Notes: generated from the letters alone by a model not told the origin. Counted from the stretch's first letter, positions 14,509 through 28,664 are shown. The stretch: DNA of 64,000 nucleotides from Octopus vulgaris (GCA_951406725.2 OX597816.1:69998001-70062000), one strand, 5' to 3'. Translations and numbers: made by a program.

Positions 14509-14704
14509 AAAAAAAACGTTTGATCAATAGGGATCTGTGGGTTGTGTGGTGTATAAAAAAGCAATATATATATATATATATATAAGGTTCACAGTTTAGG
14601 TGTAGCCTTGGAAAGAAAAACCTACAAAAAAGACCAAGGTCACCTCAGACAATTCGAAAAAGAACACATGAGTAAGTCGCCTTACTTCTCGTTGTCTCTT
14701 TTGG

Positions 14705-15508
14705 TTACAGATTTATGCTTAAAATAGTGTCGTCTTTCATACTGACCATTTTTGCCACTTTTACCCACTTTTTATTAAAACATTCGTTCGACAAAGCCTT
14801 CCTCTCTATTCTCATCCTCCTTTTCAAGTGGTACTTGAAAAAGTTGACGAGAGACTGACCAGAGAGGAAGGTGTTTGTTTGCAGTCCTTTCAAACGCGTC
14901 CACCACACACATTCTTTCGCCATAGCCATCAGCGTAACGAAAACCGTTTTCCCTTCCCGTTTAAAGGAAGGTGGTGGAACTATATTAACGATAGACTCGG
15001 CCGATAGGCGAGCCTGACCTACACGTGACAACAGCTGTTCGACGAAGGACCACAGCTCTGAAATATCTGGACACTGCACGAGTGCGTGCAGAACGGTTTC
15101 GTCGCTCTGACCGCATCTCGGGCAGGTCGGTCCGGTGATAGTTTTCGAACCGTGTCTGTAGCTCTTCTCTCGAACAGGTAGTGCGTCTCGATAGCACTGC
15201 CAAGCCAGGGATTTCTGGTAGTTATCCATAGGCCCCGGCCCGAACGTCGTCCTGAACAGGCGGGTTAGGAATTCCTCGTCGACGCCCAGGTATGCCCCGA
15301 GTGTGTCGTCGGACCTCCCCTCCACTAGTCCTCTATAGAACGCTTTAGTCGTTTGTAAGTTGCACAAGTTTGACCCCGGTCGGCAGAGCTGCTGTAGAGC
15401 TTGGCGACACTCTCGGTGCCAATCGCCCAGTTTCGGTCTCTTTTTGATCCACGTTTGCAGTTCGGTCAGTGAGACGAGCTGCGGGAAGTCGCGCCTCACA
15501 AACGGCGC
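14705..15508 (-). pseudogene. ORF2 C-terminal domain, in frame after a single TGA
   Basis: Same frame as 15509-18154; contains CPRCGQSDETVLHALVQC, the L1-type C-terminal CCHC motif. Confidence 0.9.
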
Positions 15509-18154
15509 TCACACCTGTTCACCGTCGTCGATGAATTTCCAGAGATGTCGCAGTCTCAGCGCATGCCTGCGCATCATCAACCACGGCATGCCCAGTCCTC
15601 CATTCAACGGATGTTGACAGCAAATGGACTTCCTCACCATCGGAACGCCACCCTTCCACAGGAAGCGGAAGAGTATGCGTTCCAGTTTGGTGATGGTGGC
15701 GTCGGGACAAGGTACGACGGTCAGGCGGTAATCGATGACGGATGCGATGTACGCGTTCCCCACCTCCGCCCGGCCTTTTAGAGACAGATTTCTCTCGGCC
15801 CATGTTTGGCTGAGAGCGACCACTCTACTCATGATCTCGTCCCAGTTCTTATCCATTTGGAGGTCCGGACTGAACCAGACCCCGAGCAATTTAACCGGTC
15901 CGTCCGTCCAGCGTCCCACTACTGAGCCGCAGTCGGACGGCATGGGCTTGCTTCTCCAGGTGCCGAGTAGCAAACCCACTGACTTTTCCGGGTTAATCTT
16001 TGCTCCCGTCACCGTTTCGTATTTTCTTAGTGTCTCGCCTATGATCTTGATGTGTTTGTCGCTCGACACTATGACGGTGACATCGTCCGCATATGCCGAC
16101 ACGCTCGTCCCGCAACCCAGTTCCCGTGGGATGCCCCTCAGTGTCGCCAGCTTCCGCAGTAGCGGCTCGAGAGTCAATACATACAGAAGCGCCGACAGGG
16201 GACACCCCTGACGGACCGAACGCGTGATGTCAAACGGTTTCGACAGGTGACCGTTCACCCGAATCACCGATCGGATGCCGCTATACAAGGCAGCGATCCA
16301 ACCGCGGAAGACGGGACCGAAGCCAGCCGCCCTGAGGACGGCCGCCAAGTACCGATTGTCGACCCTATCGAAGGCTTTAGACTGATCCAAATTTATCAGC
16401 GCCCCACCCATGCCAGGATCCTTAACTACCCTGTCCACAATATAGCGCATCAGATGGAGGTTGTCATGTATGGTTCTGCCCGGCACGGCGCATGTTTGCG
16501 CCCTGTCGACCAGTTTACCAATGACTAGCGCCAACCTCTCGGCTATTACTTTGGCCAAAATTTTCAAATCTGTGTTGAGCAGAGTGATGGGCCTGAAATT
16601 ATCTATAAAATTCCCCTTGTTTGAGTCTTTCTTCAGCAACGTCACTGCACCTCGGCTCACGAAACCGGGGATTCTCCCGTTTTGTTGCCAGTTGCAGTAG
16701 ACTGATGCCAAGAGGTCGCCAAACAAGTCTGGCATTCGACAATACAGCTCGTAGGGTAAACCATCCAATCCAGGCGACTTATCCCTCGCGCAGCCCGCCA
16801 TCGCATCCCACACGTCAGCGGCTGTGATAGGACTTTCACAACACTCCGCTTCTCTTGCTGAGAGCCGCGGCAGGTCGGTCAGGTAGGCACTGAAATTCAT
16901 CCCTCGTTCCGACCCACCACTCGCACCAAACAGTCGAGCAAAGTGCTGTTGAAAGGCCTCACACATCCTTTCGGGTTCGAGTAAACTGCATCCCTGTTGA
17001 TCTATTAGAGACCGAATGGTTGATCTGTTGCCACGCTGCGCCTCCGCTACCCGGGCCTCTCGCGCAGCTTCAATCCCTTCGTTCCTTAAGGCACGCATTT
17101 TAGCTCTGACGACGCAACCTTCGTGCTTGGCGTTGAGGTGTTGGTCGAGGGCCATCCTCGCAGCCAGCACGTTGGTTGCGCTGCCAGTGGTAAGTGCCTC
17201 TTCTAGTTTCTTAACTAAGTCTCCCTCTACTCTATTTCGTTCTATCGCTAATTCCTTGCTAAACCTAATTGATTCCGATTTTATTGCCATTTTCAGGGCG
17301 TACCACCAGCGGTTGTTAACGACCGCTCCCGTCAGCGCCCTCTTAATTAACTCGCTAATCCGGTTCCTGTAAACCTGTCGCGCTAACAGCGACGTGTTCA
17401 GTTTCCAGTAACCGGGACCCTGCCTATGTGTTTTATCTAAGTCGAGCGTACACGTAACAAATTTGTGATCTGTGTAGCTGACTATTTTAAATTGTGGACA
17501 TCCTACACTATCCCTATCCGCTGTCCTGCATAGAATTCTATCTAGATAAGATCTCGACGATCCGACGCGGTTTGTCCAAGTCCACGTTGGCACGTTCGGA
17601 TGGTCGAGTCGGAACCTGTCAGACAAATGGAAACGTCTGAGCAGGTCTTTGAGGCTCTTACACCCCCTTCTATTCCTATCCCTTCCCACATAATCTAGAT
17701 GCGTGTCCAAGGTAGCGTTCCAATCCCCTACTGACAGTAAAGGTCTAGACGTACCCAGGAAAACCTCTAGACGTCTGAAGAAATCCGCCCGACCCGTTAA
17801 GGACGGTGCATAAACTGCCATCAGACGGAATGCACACCCATTTCTGCCATCCACGTCCAAGACAACCAGCCTACCCTCCGGGTCTAGGAATATTGCTCTT
17901 ACTTTTACCTTTAGACTCTTTCGAAAAAGCACCGCAGTACCTCCACCACCCATGTTCGGCAGACAGGGAGAAAAATAAATGTCAAATTGATTGCCAAACA
18001 TGGACTCGAGGGCCCGCGGCTTACTGAGTCTGGTTTCACTGATAGCTACTATATCCACGTCCAGTGACTTGATGTCGTTTAGAAGGTAACCTTGCTTCCA
18101 AGCCGACGCCAAGCCACGCGCATTCACACAACCTAATTTAAGCATACTTGACAT
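15509..18154 (-). CDS. LINE ORF2: apurinic-like endonuclease plus reverse transcriptase
   Basis: NARGL, ISET, GDWN, YLDR, TDH (APE); KSPGLDG, FRPITLLN, LDQSKAFDRV, VRQGCPLS, YADD (RT). Confidence 0.97.
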   Translation of the reverse strand: MSSMLKLGCVNARGLASAWKQGYLLNDIKSLDVDIVAISETRLSKPRALESMFGNQFDIYFSPCLPNMGGGGTAVLFRKSLKVKVRAIFLDPEGRLVVLDVDGRNGCAFRLMAVYAPSLTGRADFFRRLEVFLGTSRPLLSVGDWNATLDTHLDYVGRDRNRRGCKSLKDLLRRFHLSDRFRLDHPNVPTWTWTNRVGSSRSYLDRILCRTADRDSVGCPQFKIVSYTDHKFVTCTLDLDKTHRQGPGYWKLNTSLLARQVYRNRISELIKRALTGAVVNNRWWYALKMAIKSESIRFSKELAIERNRVEGDLVKKLEEALTTGSATNVLAARMALDQHLNAKHEGCVVRAKMRALRNEGIEAAREARVAEAQRGNRSTIRSLIDQQGCSLLEPERMCEAFQQHFARLFGASGGSERGMNFSAYLTDLPRLSAREAECCESPITAADVWDAMAGCARDKSPGLDGLPYELYCRMPDLFGDLLASVYCNWQQNGRIPGFVSRGAVTLLKKDSNKGNFIDNFRPITLLNTDLKILAKVIAERLALVIGKLVDRAQTCAVPGRTIHDNLHLMRYIVDRVVKDPGMGGALINLDQSKAFDRVDNRYLAAVLRAAGFGPVFRGWIAALYSGIRSVIRVNGHLSKPFDITRSVRQGCPLSALLYVLTLEPLLRKLATLRGIPRELGCGTSVSAYADDVTVIVSSDKHIKIIGETLRKYETVTGAKINPEKSVGLLLGTWRSKPMPSDCGSVVGRWTDGPVKLLGVWFSPDLQMDKNWDEIMSRVVALSQTWAERNLSLKGRAEVGNAYIASVIDYRLTVVPCPDATITKLERILFRFLWKGGVPMVRKSICCQHPLNGGLGMPWLMMRRHALRLRHLWKFIDDGEQV

Positions 18155-18210
18155 TTACGAAAATTGTGTTTTACACACTATATTAGAAGAGACAAGAGGC
18201 AAGAAGGAGG

Positions 18211-19038
18211 TCACTTACTCATTTTAAAAGTTTCATTTTTTTCTTCTTCTTCTTCTTTTGTATCGTTTTTGATGAGGTGTTTGTATAGTTTTTTCGAGAG
18301 GTATCGTTGATACCCGCCTACCGCATTCGGAAATATTGTTTTCAGTATGTGGTGTTGTGCTTGTGTTATGTGTAAAATTCTGATGTGTTTCGGTGGTGTG
18401 GTGTGCGGATGATTGTTTGTCTTAAAGTCATCTTCACAGATGACCATATTAGATTTGATGTAGTCCATTAATTCTTTATTGTCTGTGTCTATTGCAGTTA
18501 GTTGTGTATGTGGTTTTACGGGTTCATTACTTTTTTGATTGTCAAGGGGGATGTTGTCCTGAGTTAGATATCTCCCTGCTTTACTTCCTTGTTTGGTGGA
18601 TTTTTTGGATCTTTTTCTTTTACCCCCTGTGGCTATTTGCCATTCCGTCGAACTTTCGTCGTCCGACGAATCAGTATGGGGTAGAGGCAAAACATTTGCA
18701 TTACTATGTATGCTTGTATAAATTGTTGATGTTTTGTGCGGTGTTTGTGTTGTGGTGGTGTTAGGGGTAGCATTTGTCTTCTCGTCAGTGTTTTCTGTCT
18801 TTTTAATTGTCGTCCTGGGTGTGGGTGTGGGTCTATTTTTTGGTTGTGACGTCAACGGTGATTGTGTTGGTACTGTTTTTCTTGGTGATGTTGTTGGGGT
18901 TTGTTTGCTGGTTTGTTGTTTTTCGTGGCATTGTTCCATAATTGAGTGTGTTGGTGTTGGTGTTGGCAACAAAGGGATTTTATTTGTTTTCTGATTTGTT
19001 CTTTCTTGTTTTTTTCTGTACCAGATCGCACTTGGCAA
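18211..19038 (-). pseudogene. Frameshifted C-terminal continuation of ORF1 (T/P/K-rich)
   Basis: Overlaps the ORF1 end in the +1 frame at an A7 run; EWQIATGGKRKR resembles the W+basic motif of L1/Tx1 ORF1 tails. Confidence 0.7.
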
Positions 19039-20080
19039 TCAAATGTTCGGGGCTGCCACATTTGTAGCATCTAGGCTTTTTGCCTTCTGCCATAACATAT
19101 AGGCATTGCCCATTCTCCAAGTGTATCTTGTCGGGTAGGCTCTCGATAGAGGCCCCCTCAATCTGGATGGTCACTACTACTGTTTTTCCACCCCAATTGT
19201 CGTTTAGGTACACGGCTGTTTCTAAAATATTGATCTTTTTCAAGTGGTAACAGATTGCCCCTGTTATCCATTTGTTCGGCATATCGGGGGGTACATTTCT
19301 GATAGTAATTCTACTCACCCTCTGGTTTTTATAATAAGGGACCATGATGATTTCATCATTTCCCAGAGACTCAGTAGAGTGAGCTTTTGCCACTTCCTGG
19401 TTAGGGAAGCGGACCACTACTGTGTTAAACTGGGGACTCCAGTTTATATACTTTTTTTCTTTCATTATGTTTTTTAAACATTTCTCCACATCAGTTTTTG
19501 TAATCTGTTCATTTGGTTTTTTGTTTTTTCTAATAATTTTATATACAATTGTCTTATTTTCAATTTCTTGTTTTATATGTTGAGGTGTATGCAGCACTAA
19601 ATCTTGTCCACGGGTTGTAAAGAGAGCTCTTGTTTCTATGAGCTCTTCATTTGTGAAAGTTACTATTTCTTTCTTCTGGCGAAGAATGTCTGCGAAATTT
19701 ACTGATGTTGTTGATTTTTTTGTATTAACATCTTCACTATTAGATAGTTCATTTTTATTGTTGTTCTTGTTGTTGCTGTTGTTTTTGTCAATAGTTTTCG
19801 TTTCAGTTTTATTTTTATCATTTATGTTGGTCGTGGTAGTGGTGGTGGTGGTGGTGGTGGTGGTGGTAGCAGTTGTTGTCTCGTGGTTGCTGTTGTTAGT
19901 GGTGGTGGTGGCGGTGGTGACAGGGCCGTTACCGCACGTGGTTGCAGCGTTCATTTCACCGATATTTATGTTTGCATTTTCCGTGCGAACGTTCTTTTTT
20001 TTCTCTATCGTTTCCAGACTAGGAAAATGTTGTTCCATAAAAGAACGCGACCAGCGTTCCACAATAAAATTTCTAGACAT
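18980..20080 (-). CDS. LINE ORF1 (nucleic-acid-binding, CCHC zinc knuckle)
   Basis: 366 aa; CYKCGSPEHLIAKC; RITIRNVPPDM region typical of Tx1 ORF1. Confidence 0.85.
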   Translation of the reverse strand: MSRNFIVERWSRSFMEQHFPSLETIEKKKNVRTENANINIGEMNAATTCGNGPVTTATTTTNNSNHETTTATTTTTTTTTTTTTNINDKNKTETKTIDKNNSNNKNNNKNELSNSEDVNTKKSTTSVNFADILRQKKEIVTFTNEELIETRALFTTRGQDLVLHTPQHIKQEIENKTIVYKIIRKNKKPNEQITKTDVEKCLKNIMKEKKYINWSPQFNTVVVRFPNQEVAKAHSTESLGNDEIIMVPYYKNQRVSRITIRNVPPDMPNKWITGAICYHLKKINILETAVYLNDNWGGKTVVVTIQIEGASIESLPDKIHLENGQCLYVMAEGKKPRCYKCGSPEHLIAKCDLVQKKTRKNKSENK

Positions 20081-20280
20081 TTTCTAATGTCGAGAAGAAA
20101 ATTACAGAAATGAAATGGGGTCGAAACTGCCCCTAGGGGCGAATTCCTCCCTTGGAAAAGCACTCAAACGAAAGTTGGTTGCCTTACACACCTTATTTGC
20201 AGAAATGTACAAAAAAATTGGGCTATAAATAGTCAAAATAGACAATTACCTTCGGAGCTGAACTGATATCACATCCGTCA

Positions 20281-20382
<102 letters not shown>

Positions 20383-20535
20383 GAAAGGCAAATTCGAACT
20401 GGTCGGAATTTGAACTCAGAAAGTAACGGCAGACGAAATACCGCTAGTCATTTCGCCCGGCGTATTGGCGCTACGCATTTTGCCCGGCGTATTGGCGCTA
20501 CGCATTTTGCCCGGCGTGCAAACGACTCTGCAGAC
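20383..20535 (-). mobile_element. Family A SINE head with a short internal tandem triplication
   Basis: TTTGAACTCAGAA..GACGAAATACC; CATTT(C/T)GCCCGGCGT repeated three times. Confidence 0.75.
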
Positions 20536-21185
20536 CTCAACGCCTTCTGTCTGAAATATAAACTAAGGAGAAACTTTAATGGGAGGTTTTAATTTAAATA
20601 ACTTTTAAACGGAAACTTTTTATCATAGAAACAAGGGCAGTTTCAGGAGTGATCGTATCAAAAGAAGTGAGGGAATATTAATAGAGACAGTGAATAATTT
20701 GGTTCAGATAGACATGGACGGAACACCTTCGATCATAAATCTGCTTCATCAAGGCTAATCTGAAGATAAACAGCAGCAATGTATATTCATATATTATATA
20801 TTCTATTGTGCATCACGATGGCTAGGTGGGTCGGTTGGGTACGATTCATTAGAGACAATGCGGTATTAATTTTTCCCTGTCGGTTCTGTATTTAAATTGA
20901 GCTAGGGTCACTTTGCCCTTCGTCCATCTAAACAGAGTTGACATTATAATTAATGAATATTGTTTGATTAATTTAATGAACTATAATTGCTTGCCTTAAG
21001 CAAATCGATCTACGAGCGCAGATACACATAAACACACTCACACACACACACAGACACGCACAAAAACACACACATATACACTGATATATGGACATACAGA
21101 GGTACGTACAACCATACATACGCTTATATGTGCTTACATAATATATTATATATATATAAGTATATATTCCTAAGTGTGTATATGT

Positions 21186-21216
<31 letters not shown>

Positions 21217-21248
21217 CATACATATATATGTGTGTGTATGTGTCTGTA

Positions 21249-21300
<52 letters not shown>

Positions 21301-21307
21301 TATATAC

Positions 21308-21370
<63 letters not shown>

Positions 21371-22628
21371 TGCATGTATACAACGCATGAACCGATATGC
21401 AATCATTTGTATGATTGATATGCATTATGCATTTGTATCCACATATATGTAGAATGTGTATATTCCTTATTTGGTTTATGTGTGTATGTTGCTGCGTTTA
21501 TTTCTGTTCCTTTAGAGATATGTATGTATGCGTTTGTTTGCATATACGTGCCTGTCGGTGTAAGTGCAAATTTGATGTGTGAATTTTATTTGTGCATCGA
21601 CATTCATATGTATGGATATGAAGTATATGCGTGTATATGTGTATGTGTGTGAAAATGTGCATGTAAATATGTTTATACTATCATGCCGGATTCACATTTA
21701 ACTACTAATGGCTTCTGGTTACAATTCTCACAGTACATCATTATTAAATTCTCAGATTAAGGTAGTAATTATATAACATCTTTGGCAAGGAGGAAGAGTC
21801 TATTAGCAACGCGTATATTTAGGCGATAATGTCATTAGTAAGATACTGACGTCGGTTTGTTTGCTTTAGATTACATATTAAAATGGTCGTTACAGCTCCA
21901 ACATGTCACGTGATATGCAGCAAAATCGATATAAATTAGGTACCTCCAGACGTAAGTTTTCAGATGGACTATCAATTGCGCTCCCGGGCGGGAAGAATTG
22001 ATAACTTGTCGAGCAGAATTTGATATGATTTTGATCTGAAGATAAAGTTGTCTTGTTACGAATGTTCCATGCCTTCATTATAAATCTTCGATATTATATT
22101 TACTGTAAATAACTATTTCTAGGATATTTACATGTTCAACCAACTGCTCAAATGAATGACTCGTTAAAATTTCCATGCTTGCGTCACCGACGTTTTGGGC
22201 TTTGAATCCGCTTATTTCACATTCCTGTTTGTAAAACCTATTCACTTCCTTCCATATCTTTCTTAATTACATATCATAGACAAAATTGTATGTAAACATT
22301 TATGAATTCTTATATGTATTTTGGTTATTTTAAGTAAATTCTGGTATTGCTCGTGGACAACCATATAGTTATTAATTTTATAAATTTTTATCTCCCACGG
22401 TCTTTTGGAAAAATCAATTTCAACTGAATTACAAACTCTTAAAGATTTAATTCACTTTTACAGAAATAGATACCCCAAGACAGTCATTAAGACTCACACT
22501 AGAATGCAGAAACATTCAGCCACACATATACACACACATACACATGTATGTGTATATTATTTAATTCTTCTAGTAGTTTATATGTTTCTGCGTTGGGAGT
22601 GCGGCCGTGCTGATATATATGTATATAC

Positions 22629-22742
<114 letters not shown>

Positions 22743-22844
22743 GTATATGCATATATACATGCGTATATGTGCATACTTACATCTTTATGCATATATATGC
22801 ATATGTGGGCACAAAGCGTCCTGAAATATGTACAGCCAAAAATA

Positions 22845-23325
22845 CGCGTAGTGGTTAAGAGATACTAACCCTAAGATTTCGATTTCGATTCCAGGCATTG
22901 GCTTGCATAATAATAATAATAATAACATCGAAAAATCCTTAGGAATGAAAACTCAGGTTCGAAATTTCCCCAAGACACCTGATGAAGGCTGGAGGGTATA
23001 TCGGGTAAAAAAAAAAAAGGCGGTGAGCTGGCAGAAACGTTAGCACGCCGGGCGAAATGCTTAGCGGTATTTCGTCTGCGTTACGTTGTGAGTTCAAATT
23101 CCGCCGAAGTCGACTTTGCCTTTCATCCTTTCGGGGTCGATAAATTAAGTACCAATTACGCACTGGGGTCGATATAATCGACTTAATACCTATGTCTGTC
23201 CTTGTTTGTCCCCTCTGTGTTTAGCCCCGTGTGGGTAATAAAGAAATAGGTATATCAGACAAAACATGTTGACAACTAACTAGATGAGGACAAATATCCG
23301 TCAAATGTAAATAATGTAAATAATG
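22845..23325 (+). mobile_element. PLE terminal repeat with tRNA-like segment and hammerhead motif, interrupted by a SINE
   Basis: GCGTAGTGGTTAAG..TTCGATTCC head; GACAC-CTGATGA-AGGCTG at 22974; homologous to 37815-38025. Confidence 0.75.
23019..23248 (+). mobile_element. Family A SINE, full length
   Basis: Complete head to AAAGAAATA tail; GGTATATC duplicated at 22995-23002 and 23249-23256. Confidence 0.9.
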
Positions 23326-23490
23326 TCGAATAAGGGTGTTCATCATTTTTTCAATCTGCGGAGAAATGTGTAAAATTTACCCTGTTAATAATTATACCTT
23401 ATGTTACGTATATATATTTATATATATTATATGTGTGTGTGTGTGTGTGCGTATCTCACTATCTATCTATCTATCTCTTTATCTCTCTCG

Positions 23491-23584
<94 letters not shown>

Positions 23585-24727
23585 TATATAATCATGTGTA
23601 CAACATGTCCTGTGAAATATGTCCCAAGCGTAGATGAGTTACCATACTAATACCATAAAAGCTCGATAAGGATTACTCTTACGTCTACCATTCAAAGCGG
23701 AGGCGCTGATCCTGGATTAAGCTCTTGGCTTTCAAACTCGTATCCTTTGCAGCACTACTCGGCATTATCTGTGGTGAGCTAATTTGCTTTTCACTCACTA
23801 ACTGTTTTTATTTCTACCCCTCGCACTCTCCCCCTCTTTGTCTCTATATACCTCTCTCTCCCTCTATATATGTCTCTATATAATTAACTCTGACAAAGTA
23901 GTTAGGAATCACTTCGAAGTCGCTGAAAACTTTTTGCATGTAAAAGATAATAAATATAAAACATTAGTTGTGAGTGATCCTTCAGTTTAATGTAAATTTG
24001 TTTTTATGTAGAAATTCACAAAACCAAAAGCAAACATTTATATGTGTGCGTGGCGAGTGTTTGTATATGCGTACGTACGGTTTTCGTGTACCCGACATGT
24101 GGTCGTGTGAAAGTTTTTGTTGATCAATAATTGACAGTTAAAGATTTATGTACGGTTGAATATATGGAATTATTTTTCGTTCGTGATTATTCTTGCCACC
24201 TGTATCCTATATATGTACGTTTGTAAACGAATTGTGCGTATAGTTGTGAGTATGTCTGTGTATAAATGCACATGTTCTTGTCTACTTCTGTATGCATTCA
24301 TATATAATATATTTGACAGAGCAGGATCAAATCATATTAACTATTCATTTCTCTGGTTTGTATTTCAAGATTGTAAATCAGCTACTAAAAGAACACATTG
24401 CGTTAAAATATTTATTAGAACATTCATCATAGTAACATGTCAGACAGGAAACTAATGTCACTTTACCTGCCGATCTTGTCAGTTCCGAATAACAAATTGC
24501 TTTTTTTTTATACCAATAATCTGTTTGTGTTGTACGTTTAGCTACGTTAAAATAGTTAATCACGCAATGTATTTTCCAATACGTCAAAATCTAGGAAGAA
24601 ATTCATACGGTCAGGGAACACACACACATGCGTACGTACATACGCACACGTTCGCACACGTTCGCACACGTTCGCACACGTTCGCACACTACAAACGTAT
24701 ATTCATATACATCCATCTAACCATCAA

Positions 24728-24836
<109 letters not shown>

Positions 24837-25487
24837 CGCGCGAAACGTATGCAATTATATATTTTCTTGGATTTATAATTTCGCACTTTCCTTCATGTTG
24901 TTATTTGTTTCATGTCGTTTCGTGAAGTTGTGGAAAAAAGAACAGCAACATTTGTATTTATAAATGAGCATATGTGTAAACAGGCATATATACCTTCACA
25001 CACAGACACACAGATATACACAAACGCACATATGTCCGTATGTATGCATACACGTATGTATGCACGTAGGTATGTATGTATGTATGAAAGTACATATGTT
25101 ATTAAGTCAATGTGGTAAACTGAAACTTTGTCAGCTTTACTTAAATTCAATTCTCTAAAACTTAAAAGATTTATCTTACATGAAAAACATAAATAAACCT
25201 TCTGGGATATGAAAGAACATTATTCTTTATTACCGACATGACAACAAACTTTTTAAGGTTCATTTCAGAATCATCTGAATTTTTCATAGATTTAACATTT
25301 TCATTTGAATCTCATACTTCCCCGAATTTCTATAGTTTTCTTTAGAATATAAATTAAATTCTTTGTATTCGTATCAAGAGAGTATCAATGAAAGGTAACG
25401 AAGTTATTCAAGTCCTTGAGGATGTTACTCCATTTTTATCTGTGTATGAGTGTATGTATATGCATATATGTAGATATTCATGCACAC

Positions 25488-25543
<56 letters not shown>

Positions 25544-25771
25544 GTATAAATATATAGATATGTATGTATGAATATGTATGCGTGTTTATGTATTTGTTAT
25601 GTCACACGGAAACGGCATTTGTGCAGAAAAGCATCTCGTGTATCTTAGCAGTCATCCATATACTTTAGAAAGCCAGAAATTCTAGGTATTTTTCCTGAGA
25701 AAGCATCCCGCATACATGCAGAGTGTTAAAAAGCGAAGGCGTTTATAAGAATCAAGCGAAAAGCAACCAGC

Positions 25772-26170
25772 AGCGGTAGCATTGTTGCTACATCGCTATG
25801 TGTTTGTGTGTGCTTGCGTGCGTGTGTGTATGTGTGCGTGCCCGTGTGTGTGTGTGTATGCATACATATGTATATATATATGTATGTGTGTACATATATA
25901 GATAGATGGATAGATAAATATAGATATACGTATATATATGTATATATGTATATATATATATATATGCGGTAGCATTGTTGCTACATCGCTATGTGTTTGT
26001 GTGTGCTTGCGTGCGTGTGTGTATGTGTGCGTGCCCGTGTGTGTGTGTGTATGCATACATATGCATATATATATGTGTGTGTACATATATAGATAGATGG
26101 ATAGATAAATATAGATATACGTATATATATGTATATATGCATATATATATATATATTTATATATGCATAT
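25772..26170. repeat. ~195-bp tandem duplication of a microsatellite-rich block
   Basis: GCGGTAGCATTGTTGCTACATCGCTATGTG at ~25772 and ~25966. Confidence 0.8.
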
Positions 26171-26672
26171 ATATATATATATATATATTATGTAAATGTT
26201 TATTTGTGTATATATGTATGTATATATATGAGATAAGGGAACGCAAGAAAGACGTAGAAAGAGTATAGTTAACGATGCAAACACAATTTCGACAAGAGTG
26301 TAAAAGAAGGTCTCTCACGATGTAAGTTCCAATGTTCTAATTTCTTTCATTGAATCCTGTTGTGTTGCTTTGATATGATTCAAAATTTAAATCGATATCG
26401 ATTTTTGTTATACATCCAGTCAGTGTTAAAGTTGAAGTCAAGATTATTGCTGTTATGTTATAAGTGCTTCTTTTATTTTTTTTCATTTTTTAAAATTCTG
26501 AGTTATAATTTCCTTGTATGCTTATACGTATACATATATGTTCACAACTGTATGTATATAAATATATGGCTATGTACACATTCATATGTGTATGCGTGTA
26601 TGTGTGGGAGTATATATATATGTATATATGTGTGTGTGTGTGTGCGTGTGTGTGTGTATGTGTATATATGTA

Positions 26673-26722
<50 letters not shown>

Positions 26723-27761
26723 GTGTGCGTGTGTATGATGCGTGTACGTGTGTGTGTATGTGTGTGTGTACGTGTGTATGTGTGTGTGTATGTGTAAGGT
26801 TTGTTTCAATGTTTGTTTATTCATGTGTAAGGTAATGAAGGATTACATTTCCGAACCACGGTTTCGCTCAATCGGGCTTTTTCGGTTGGAAGCACATAGT
26901 AACAGATTGTGAAGACGAAGAAAAAATAAAATGAAATTCTTTCTACTTTCTAATTGGGTGCGTTTAAGTAGACTTAACCTGTGTGCACTGGAAAGTTTTA
27001 CAGCGACTAACTTACGTCTATTCACTCTATTGTTTGCCTTCTGTGTTCATATATAATGTTAGTAGTATACTGTCGACAACTCTTAACTCTTACGAGAGTT
27101 ATTACATGGTGTTTTTGTATATGTTCTGGTATAAATCATAAGGAAACTTTACATAAGTACAACGTAGCAACTACTTAAAAATCTGCGCTATTCTTAGGTA
27201 GCTATGGCTTACATCATGACAGCCATGTGAGGGTAGGTAATAATTTTACCGTATCCCGTAAAAAGTTTATGGACGTTTATTTTAAGAGTTTATGTGTTAG
27301 ATCCTATTTGTTTAATCTGTATTGCTATCAACCGATAGCTGCGAGGTTAATCTCGCGTGAACGAGGTTTTCTTATCTCCCCATTTTTTTTTTCTCTGATT
27401 TATGCTATACTTTAAAATGCCACATATCGTTAATCTTTTAGCTTTGATTTTGTGTTTCACTCGTTGGACTGCGGCCATCCTGGGGCACAGGTTTAGAGGG
27501 TTAAGTGAAACACATACTGATTCTATTGCTTCTTTGACTGAACCGCTAGTTTACGGAGACATGTCTGCATATATGTGTACATATATACTTGTTTTCACTC
27601 ATTAGACTACAGCCATCCTAGTGCACCACCTTCAAGGGTTGAGTGGTACTGATTATTATTCTATCGATTGCCTTCAAGAGGTTGCGGAAACAAGCACAAA
27701 CACAAAAACACATCACTTAAATGTGAACAATTTATTTATGCTTGATTTATTTTTTAATCCT

Positions 27762-27826
<65 letters not shown>

Positions 27827-28159
27827 GATTATTTTCTCTTATTCCTTTCTTTTGAAGAGCGTAGGCTCGAAACGTAGAAGACTTTCTCACTTTCCCGAGT
27901 GTCAAACTAGTACACCTCCTTGTTGTTCACACGCCTGTCTTCGTCTTTTATTTATGTTAAAGTCATTATATGATGAGCTATCAGTGGCCAACATACTAAA
28001 ATACTATAATGATTAATTTATATTCTTTTCTATTCTAGGGAGAGGGGGGCAGTCGATTAGATCGACGTCAGTGCGCAACTGGTACTTAATTTATCAACCT
28101 GGAAATGATGAAAGACACAGTCGACCTCGGCGGAATATAATGGCTAATTTATATTAAAA

Positions 28160-28502
28160 TTATAAGGGTGTTGATTGATTACAACACAAATTTGTTAGAA
28201 ATAGTCCCGAAACGGTCTAGGAACCACTTAGATTATTACTCGACTACACAATGCTATAAGCGATGATAATAGACAGTGAGAGTTTATAAAACAATTTGGA
28301 TAGTACCATATCTATACATTTCATTGTTTGAGTTATTAAAAGCCCTTTCCGATCATCAGCGGTAACATACCGAACCATAAGCGCAAATAATGTACATGTA
28401 TTTCGCACGTATAGTGTAGTGGAGTAATAATCTAAGTTGTTCCTAGAACATTTGGGACCTATTTCTCGCAGACTGGTGTTGTAATCTTTCAACACCCTTA
28501 TA
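28160..28502. repeat. Inverted repeat, ~90-bp arms
   Basis: TATAAGGGTGTTGA..CTAGGAAC..TTAGATTATTAC versus its reverse complement at 28410-28502. Confidence 0.7.
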
Positions 28503-28554
28503 TAGTATATAAGATGTATATATTAGATAGATAGATAGATAGATAGATAGATAC

Positions 28555-28664
<110 letters not shown>

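Noticed and set aside
15509-15511. In-frame TGA in ORF2 as selenocysteine or programmed readthrough
   Set aside because: Simplest explanation is a TGG-to-TGA nonsense change; no SECIS seen in the 3' UTR
19005-19025. Programmed frameshift between the ORF1 parts
   Set aside because: It needs +1 at an A7 homopolymer, not a correctly phased -1 slippery site; an indel or consensus error is more likely
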